In this document: positions 56,209 to 64,000 of the stretch, piece after piece
Position numbering within the stretch: position 1 is the first letter of the stretch
How the letters are laid out: each line of letters begins with the position of its first letter
Assembly: GCF_009914755.1 (NCBI RefSeq)
Contig: NC_060940.1
DNA from: the human T2T-CHM13v2.0 reference genome, Homo sapiens
DNA: 64,000 nt
Direction: 5' to 3' (one strand)
Made by a program: the position numbers and the translations under genes
Notes under the pieces: generated by a model
What the model saw: only the letters and a program-made list of their open reading frames with translations
Told to the model about the DNA's origin: nothing
Database searches by the model: none

Positions 56209-56522
56209 GGCCGGGCACGGTGCCTCACGCCTGTTATCCCAGCACTTTGGGAACCCGAGGCAGGTGGATCACGAGGTCACGAGTTCAAGACCAGCCTGAC
56301 CAACATGATGAAACCCCGTCTCTACTAAAAATACAAAAAAATTAGCCGGGCATGGTGGTGCGTGCCTGTAATCCCAGCTACTCAGGAGGCTGAGGCAGGA
56401 GAATCACTTGAACCTGGGAGCGGAGGTTGCAGTGAGACGAGATGGTGCCACTGCACTCCAGCCTGGGTGACAGAGCGAGTGAGACTCTGTCTCAAAAAAA
56501 AAAACAAAAAAAAACAAAAAAA
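56209..56522 (+). mobile_element. AluS (Sg-like)
   Basis: ggatcacgaggtcacgagttcaagaccagcctgaccaaca; A-rich tail. Confidence 0.95.
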
Positions 56523-58133
56523 CCACCAACCAACCCCCTGTGCTTGTTTAACACGTGTAGAGGGAGCGCAGGCCAGGCACAGGGAGATGCCCCTGAGAAG
56601 CCCCCAGAGCTGCATCCTCGTGCAGTGCCCACACCGGCGAGGGGCCCATGGCGAAGGGTCCCTCGAGGGAAGCTCTGGAGAGAAGGGGAAGGGTGAGAGA
56701 GCCAGGGCAGCGAGTGCCAAGGCTGTTTCCTGTGGAGTCTGCATGTTCATGAGCCCTCCTGGGGATGCCAGTGCCCACTGGAGTGAGAGAACAGGCCTGA
56801 CCCCTTCACCTGACCCTGGACACCAGCAGGAGATTTGAGAGCAGGCTGTGGGGTGAGCGGTGCTCGAACCAGGCCAAAGCCTGAGAGAAGGGGTGAGAAG
56901 AAGCAGGAGGGACCCTGGGTCTCGGCCATGCTCCAGGAGGAGTTGGGTCCCGATGGCGAGGGTTCCCCGGGTGTCCTTGCCAGTCTTCTGGTGGGCCCTG
57001 TGGGTTCCAGGGCAGCAGGCTTTTCTGAGGCTGCAGCGCTGCCTAAGCACTGGGTTCCATCCTGCCTCTGCTCCTTACTGGCTGTGTGACTCTGGGCAGG
57101 TTCCTTACCCTCTCTGGATCTCTGTTTTCTCATCTGCTAAATGGGGCCAGTAGCGGAGCCTGCCTCCTGGGGCTGCTGACAGTGTTCGATGAGTTAACTG
57201 GCAGAAGGGAGGGACCAAGCGCTGTAGGACCCTGAGCTGCAATTACCATTTGGGTTGATAGCTCCCAGCTGTCATGCTCCCAGCTGCACGCCGTCCATAT
57301 CTTGGATTTGAGAATGACCTGGAAGAGGGGGACCCCACCTGGGAGACCTGGCCAAGTCACTCCTGGTGGAGGCAGTGGGCTGGGCAGGGAGGGTCTTTGA
57401 GAAGCCCAGAGTCCTGAAATGGCTGTCCGCCAGCCCAGGCCACGCACAGCGCCGTGGTCACAAGGCGGCAAGTTCTGAATAAGTAAAAAAGAAACGGAAT
57501 CGTCCTGGTGAGGTCGTCCTGGCCCTCTCTCCACTGCGTCCCATGTAAGGAAAGCCGAACTGGGTGAACCCTGGGCCCCAGGAGTCACTGGATGGAGGGC
57601 GCTATTGGCCAGCCCGGCCTCAGCGGAGAATTTCTTTGTTATAGATTTCTTCTTCCACCTCCCCAACCCCAGAAGACTTCAGTGTCACCCTTAGTGAGTG
57701 ACAGGCCCACAGCCAGTGCCCCGAGGCCGATGGCACCTTGTCTCAGACTCTGGGGCCTTTGAACCGGCCCCAACCCTCCCCACCTCTTGTCATTCTTGTC
57801 CTGTAATTCATTTAGGATTAGCTTTCAGACCTCCTCGCTGGTCCTAACTTCTGTCGTCTTGGTAACTGTGTCAACCGTTTGCTGGTTTCCCGTGATTATC
57901 TGACAAGAGAAAGGGGGGCCGGCAGGGAACATAAAAGAAGGGAGGAGGAGAGAATGGCGGGGTCTTAATTGAACTTGCTGTGGAGGGGCCGCAGCGGAAG
58001 GGCCGGCCACTGCATGGGCAGTAGGGGGCGGTCACGTAGGCCTCTCACCCGCTCCAAGAACCTGTGTCACTGTCGGAAGTGTCACGGCCTTTATCTTAGA
58101 TCTTAAGGGCCCAGGGACAAGGTGTTACTCCCG

Positions 58134-58169
58134 CCCCCACCCCCACCCCCACCCCCACCCCCACCCCCC
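58134..58169 (-). repeat. (CCCCCA)5CCCCCC hexamer repeat; G-quadruplex/i-motif-capable
   Basis: Six C5-C6 runs separated by single A. Confidence 0.9.
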
Positions 58170-58344
58170 TCCGCCCAATTTCTCTCCTGGAAAGTTTCAC
58201 TCACAGGCGGATTTCAACCGCCTGTGCTGTCTTTATGACAGCACTCACCACAGGGTGCCGGCCTGTCGGTGGGCAGGTCAGACCAACCGTTGCGGGGGAG
58301 GGGATGGGGCGGCTGGTGGGTGGGTCTGCAGGGGACCAGGGCTC

Positions 58345-59226
<882 letters not shown>

Positions 59227-60469
59227 TGCTCCACCCACCCACATCCTCTGTGAAGTATGTGTTTCCAGAGAGTGGTAGCCTTGCCTTGAGGAAGGAAAGA
59301 GGTTCCATCTTCTTCCAGGGTCTGCTTCTGGAGTTTCCTGAAGACCTGTGACATGGAGCTTTGAGGGCAGAGGTCTTTGTGCCCTGGTGGGGAGGCTGGT
59401 AGGCCTCCGGGGTGGGCCTCCACAGTCATGGCGGCCCCCAATTTCAGGTTCGCCAGCCCTCTGAAAATAATAGTGAGGGTTGTCTCTGAAAATAAGGGTG
59501 TTGTTTCTTGTCACAGAGGCAAGATGGGCCCCTCACTGGATCAGTGGGAAGATGGGAGTGCCTTTTAGGGAGCTACTAATGAGCTATGTCTGATTTTTAT
59601 GAAACTCCATGGTAAATTATTAATTTGGGCCAGAAATGAAAGTGTGGAACTGGATAGGCTCATGAATATTCATCGTTGACTTCAGTACAGGGTTGGTTGA
59701 TCAGTGGCTAGAGCAGGCAGCCAGCCTCGTGACCCAGATACGGGCTTATTACCCAGGGCGGAGGCTCTTGGGAAACCCTTCCCCATTCACTCCCTTAGTT
59801 TCTTGGTCCAGAGGTGGGGCTGGTAACTCACAGCTCATTAGCAAAGTTGAAGCTCGACCAGGGCTGGGCTGGGGCCAGCTCAAGATGGGAGCAGAAATCA
59901 GAGGGTTCTTGACCCCCTGGATCACCCTGGGTTCACAGCGGTCTGTTCTCACTTTGGAGCTGCTGTGGATGAGGGTGACGTCTGTGCAGAAGGAGCCGGA
60001 AGCTCCCACTTCTCTGCCTCTACTCCCCTCTTAGAGCCTCCTGGGAAGGATGGAGACCCCTAGAAATGAGTCCCTTTAACAGATAATCTTTGGTTCTGGA
60101 GTATGATCATGGTTAGTGTCATTGAGGTCACTTTCTGGGTGGCATGCAACGGAGCCTCCTCCCAAATTCAAGCCTTCTTGAAATAGTAAGTTTGCATTTT
60201 TTCCAAGATGGTTCTGCTGGGATCCTTTTCTCCCCGACAGGGCCAACCCTGCCTAACACTCTAGCCTGCCCTTCTCTACCTGTCCTCCACACCTTTGGCC
60301 AGGCTGTTCCTGCTGCCTAGAGCGCTGAGCCCAGGTGTCTGGGAACGGTCAGTGCTCACTCCTGTTAGGAGTGGCCGCTCCCTGCTCTGTGCTCTTGGGT
60401 AGATAGTAAGCAACCGTGACCTACCACTGTAGCTCTTTATTTAGTAGCTGAGCCCCTGGGCCTGGGGGC

Positions 60470-60710
60470 CAAGTGGTCGGATGTGAATTCTTGCTCCGCC
60501 TTGAGTCCTTGTGTATGAGACTGTGGGCAAGTTACTGAAACTCTCTGGGCCTCAGTTTACTTGGGTGGTAAATGTGGAGGATAATTTTCCTGAGGCTGCT
60601 GTGAGAATTAAAAGGCTTTGTACATTTCAAGAGCTTAGTGTGGTGTCTAGGCTGTCAGGAAGGGCGGACTTGCTCTTGGTATTATCGTCTGTGTGATCGT
60701 CATCATCACT
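60470..60710 (+). mobile_element. MIR
   Basis: gggcaagttact..ctctctgggcctcagttt..gctgtgagaattaaa..gagcttag. Confidence 0.65.
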
Positions 60711-62149
60711 GGATTTCCTGCTGGGAGAGAAGCTCCAGCGCAGGACCTCCTGGGACTCCCTAGCTCAGTGCCAGCACACACGGGTATATGCGGATGACTG
60801 CCGTCTCGTGTTACGTGTGTTTTCCCTGCTTCTCAGGAACCGAAGAGTTTACTACACTGTGGCCGTGGCGTGCGTTGGGGAAAGCCTCTGCACTGCATCA
60901 GGCCTGTGTGGGCTTTGCCAGTCTCTCCGGGGGGCCTTGCACCTGCCCACCGCCTGGACAGACCCATTTGTAATACAAGCCCTGGAGACCGCCCACCTCT
61001 GTGTGGAGATGAGGCCACTTCCTGCCTGAGCCCTAGGGGGTGGAGGTGGGGGTTTCAATCCCCGCCTCTGTCGGAGGAGGACAGAGAAAAGTGAGGTTTC
61101 TGGTGGCTTCCGGGATTAGAGCCAAGATACAGTTGCGGCCCTGAGTTCCCAGGCTGAACTGGCCACTTCTTGCAGTGAGCTTTTCGGAGAAGCAGCCCTC
61201 GGGCTAGCTGAGTGGCCAGATGGAATGAGAGGTTGCCTGCCAGAGTCCTAGGCACACAGGCTGGTTCTGAGGGCCCCTTCCAAGGTGGGGGGAGTTCTGG
61301 ATGGGCCTGGCCCTTGGTCAGTGTCCATCTTCGAGGACCTTGGTGCTGGAGGAGGTCCTCAGAGCCTCCCAGCATGTGAGAGGCTGTCAAGTCTGTGCTT
61401 AGGAGAGGGAGTGCAATGGGGAGAGGAAAGACCTGGCCCTTGACCCGCCTCTGCCAGGGATTCTCTGGGGCTTTGGGGGTTCCCGCAAGTGGCCTGCTGG
61501 CAGGCACTTCGAGAACTGACACCTGCTGTGTGACAAAGTCGTGGCACTTGATCCCAGCCTGCAGAGAGAGTCATGAAAAGCATGTGCGGTTTTATTTGGC
61601 TATTGAAACCCATAACTCCACCTGCCTGGCTTTTCATCTGATTTTGATGCCTTTGACTCAGGGCCCTGTCACCTCCCAGGTTCTAGGGCTCTCGGAGAGA
61701 GGTGGCCAGCGGGTCAGACCGGTGGGGTGAGCCGCGTGGGAGGAATAGGAACGCAAATAGCCCGCAACCAACTTTGTTCTCCTTGCCCTGGTTTGGAAAG
61801 AGACGTTGGCTTCTTGCAAGTGCAACTGCCAGGGCAGTTCCTGAGCACCTGTTGGTGCCAGGCCCTGGAGGGGCTGAGGGGGAGGGTGGAAAGTCTGTCA
61901 CAGGATTCTCTCGAAGACCCTGCCGGACGCCGGAGGAGGCAGGAGCTCAGCCGCAAGCCACTGACTCCAAGTTTCTGGGGGTTGGAAGGATACAGGTAAC
62001 TCCAGGCGCTTGGAGGATGGAAAGTTTCCTTTTGGCTGGAGTGATCTGGGAGGACTTCCTGCAGGAGGTGGTGCTTGAAGCAGATTCTGAAGCGTTGGTT
62101 ACTTTTGAAAAGGGAAGGTGGGGGAGGTGTGAAGAGGAGAGTGGTTTTT

Positions 62150-62370
62150 ATCTCAGCATGCCACAAACTGTACTGTGTACTCCAGTGACCCGGATCTTGC
62201 TAAAGGGGAGGTTCGGATTCAGCGGGTCTGGGAGGGGCCCTAGGCTCTGCCTTTCTAACAAGGCACAGGGGAACTTCCCTCCCTTGAGCCCCGGAGTCAC
62301 GTGCACCCTTCCAAGGCCCGGGCGGCATCAGTGCTGCTGGCCCAGAGGCCTCACATTGGATAGCCAGGGC
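62150..62370. mobile_element. MER5-like (hAT-Charlie) fragment
   Basis: gattcagcgggtctgggaggggccctaggctctgcctttctaacaag..gctgctggcc..cacattg. Confidence 0.65.
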
Positions 62371-62377
62371 ACTGGAC

Positions 62378-62593
62378 CTGCACCGCCTAATGTGGTGGCC
62401 ACTAGCATAGATCCGTGGCTATCAGACCTGAAAACTGAACTGATCAAAATTAAAGAAAATGAAAACTTCAGTGCCCCAATCACAGCAGCTCCATCTTGAG
62501 CCCCCAACAGCCACGTGCGGATGGAGGCTGCTCAGTCGGACAGTGCAGATAGAGAGCATTTCCATTGTTCCAGAAAGTTCCACCGGACCGTGC
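62378..62593 (-). mobile_element. MER3 (hAT-Charlie)
   Basis: ggtggccactagc..gtggcta..aaaattaaagaaaat.aaaa.ttcag..ggacagtgcagatagagagcatttccat..cagaaagttc. Confidence 0.75.
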
Positions 62594-63117
62594 CAGTCCT
62601 CAGCCCAGAAGCTGGAAGGCTGGGCCTGCAATCCTCGGAGCGATACTGGCACGGGCCTGGGAGCGTCACCGGGTCTTCTCGGGGAGGCTCTTGAGAGCCT
62701 AGTGGGGAGGTCTTTGCCGTGTTTGGGGCCACAGGGACCTGGAGCAGGGACCTGACTGACTGACCTTTTGACATTAAACACAGGAAGGACTGGGGGGGAG
62801 AAACAGGTCAGAGACTGCAGGAGGCCCCAGCAAGGGAGGCAGAGGCGTGGGGGCAGAGGCCATGGCGGAGCTCAGGCTGCAGAGGGTCCCTGTCGGTGGC
62901 CAGGCCCAGGGAGGAGCTGGCAGCAAGGGACATGTTTGGAATCTGAGAGACGGTGGCTGTCCATGAAATGGGGAAGTGAGTTGGGCGTGGGGGCACAAAC
63001 CACCAAGTGGCAGTTTCATGAAGGAAGGAGTGGTTTCCATTGTCAAGTGGTATTGGATGTGGGGACCAGGTGGACCCTGGAGGACATCAGTACTAGTGTC
63101 TAGTGATGCATACGTAG

Positions 63118-63680
63118 AACACATAGCACACACACACACGTACAACACATACCACACACCACACACACAACCACACCCCCCCACACCCCACATACCACAC
63201 ACACACCACACACAACGCACACACACACACCACATACCACACACAACACACCACACACACACTGAATACTACACACACACCACATACTACACACACAACA
63301 CACACAGCACGCACACACCACATACCACACGTACAAAACACACCACACCACACACAACCACACACACACCAACACACCACATACCCCCACACACAACACA
63401 CACCACATACCACACAACACACCACACACACCACATACCCCTCCACACACAACACACAATCACACACCACACACACCACATACCCCCACACACAAACACA
63501 CCACACACACTACACACCACACACACACAGCACATACAACACACAGCACATACCACACACACAACACACACACATCACACACACCACATGCACACAACCA
63601 CATACCACACACACCACACACACACCGCACACACATACACGTGCACACAACACACAACACGACATACACACACACACCAG
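63118..63680. repeat. Long degenerate (CA)-rich tract
   Basis: ~560 bp of cacac/caccac/catac units. Confidence 0.9.
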
Positions 63681-64000
63681 GCTGTGTGTGAGCACAGTGT
63701 GCCTTGCCTTCTTTTCCAGAGCAGGTTAAATGATGTGCCTGGGATGGGCTGCTTAGAACCCAGCAGGGGCTGCTCCGGAACCCAGTTCTCCTCCCTCGGT
63801 TTCCGAGGGCTCCCCCAACCCTAGGGGCCCCTGCTGCTCCAGGACCTCATCCGGGAAAGGGGAGCCAAGGGGTCATTGTGGGCTTTCTGGAAGAGGTGTG
63901 GGGCCTTGTCTATTACCTAAAGGAAGGCCCACTTTGGAGAACCTGCAGACGATCAAGTCAGGGCATTGCAAGAGAGGAATCACACATGCAGAGGGCCGGC

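Noticed and set aside
62976-63824. 282-aa His/Thr ORF and Cys/Val ORFs on the opposite strand
   Set aside because: Translation of a CA-rich simple repeat.

Overview
GC-rich primate genomic DNA, almost certainly human or great ape (AluY/AluS/AluJ, MIR, L2, MaLR LTRs, hAT MITEs). The only credible protein-coding sequence is a 37-nt coding stub at the end of an alternative first exon (ATG 47434, donor CAG|GTAAGC at 47470/47471). It encodes MFGLKPPLYYLP-G, which I recognise from memory as an alternative N-terminus of GSE1 (CoREST/HDAC1-LSD1-associated coiled-coil protein, human 16q24.1). The exon lies in a multipartite CpG-island promoter (~44.2-48.4 kb) inside a ~6 kb zone with no recognisable transposon. 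The rest is intronic/regulatory: 25 Alus, nested LTR/L1/Alu clusters, a (CAT/CAC) array with a 70-bp higher-order unit, long degenerate TG and CA tracts, and several AT-rich homeodomain-motif clusters that look like enhancers. I do not see a new gene system, and the long ORFs in the track look like GC or repeat artefacts. The most interesting signals cluster at the GSE1 exon: a palindromic splice donor that is a consensus donor on both strands and resembles the U1 snRNA 5' end, a strong-Kozak 3-codon uORF ending 8 nt before the start codon, and a second candidate non-coding first exon. Repeat family and subfamily calls come from remembered consensus sequences, not a RepeatMasker run, and boundaries of old repeats are approximate.
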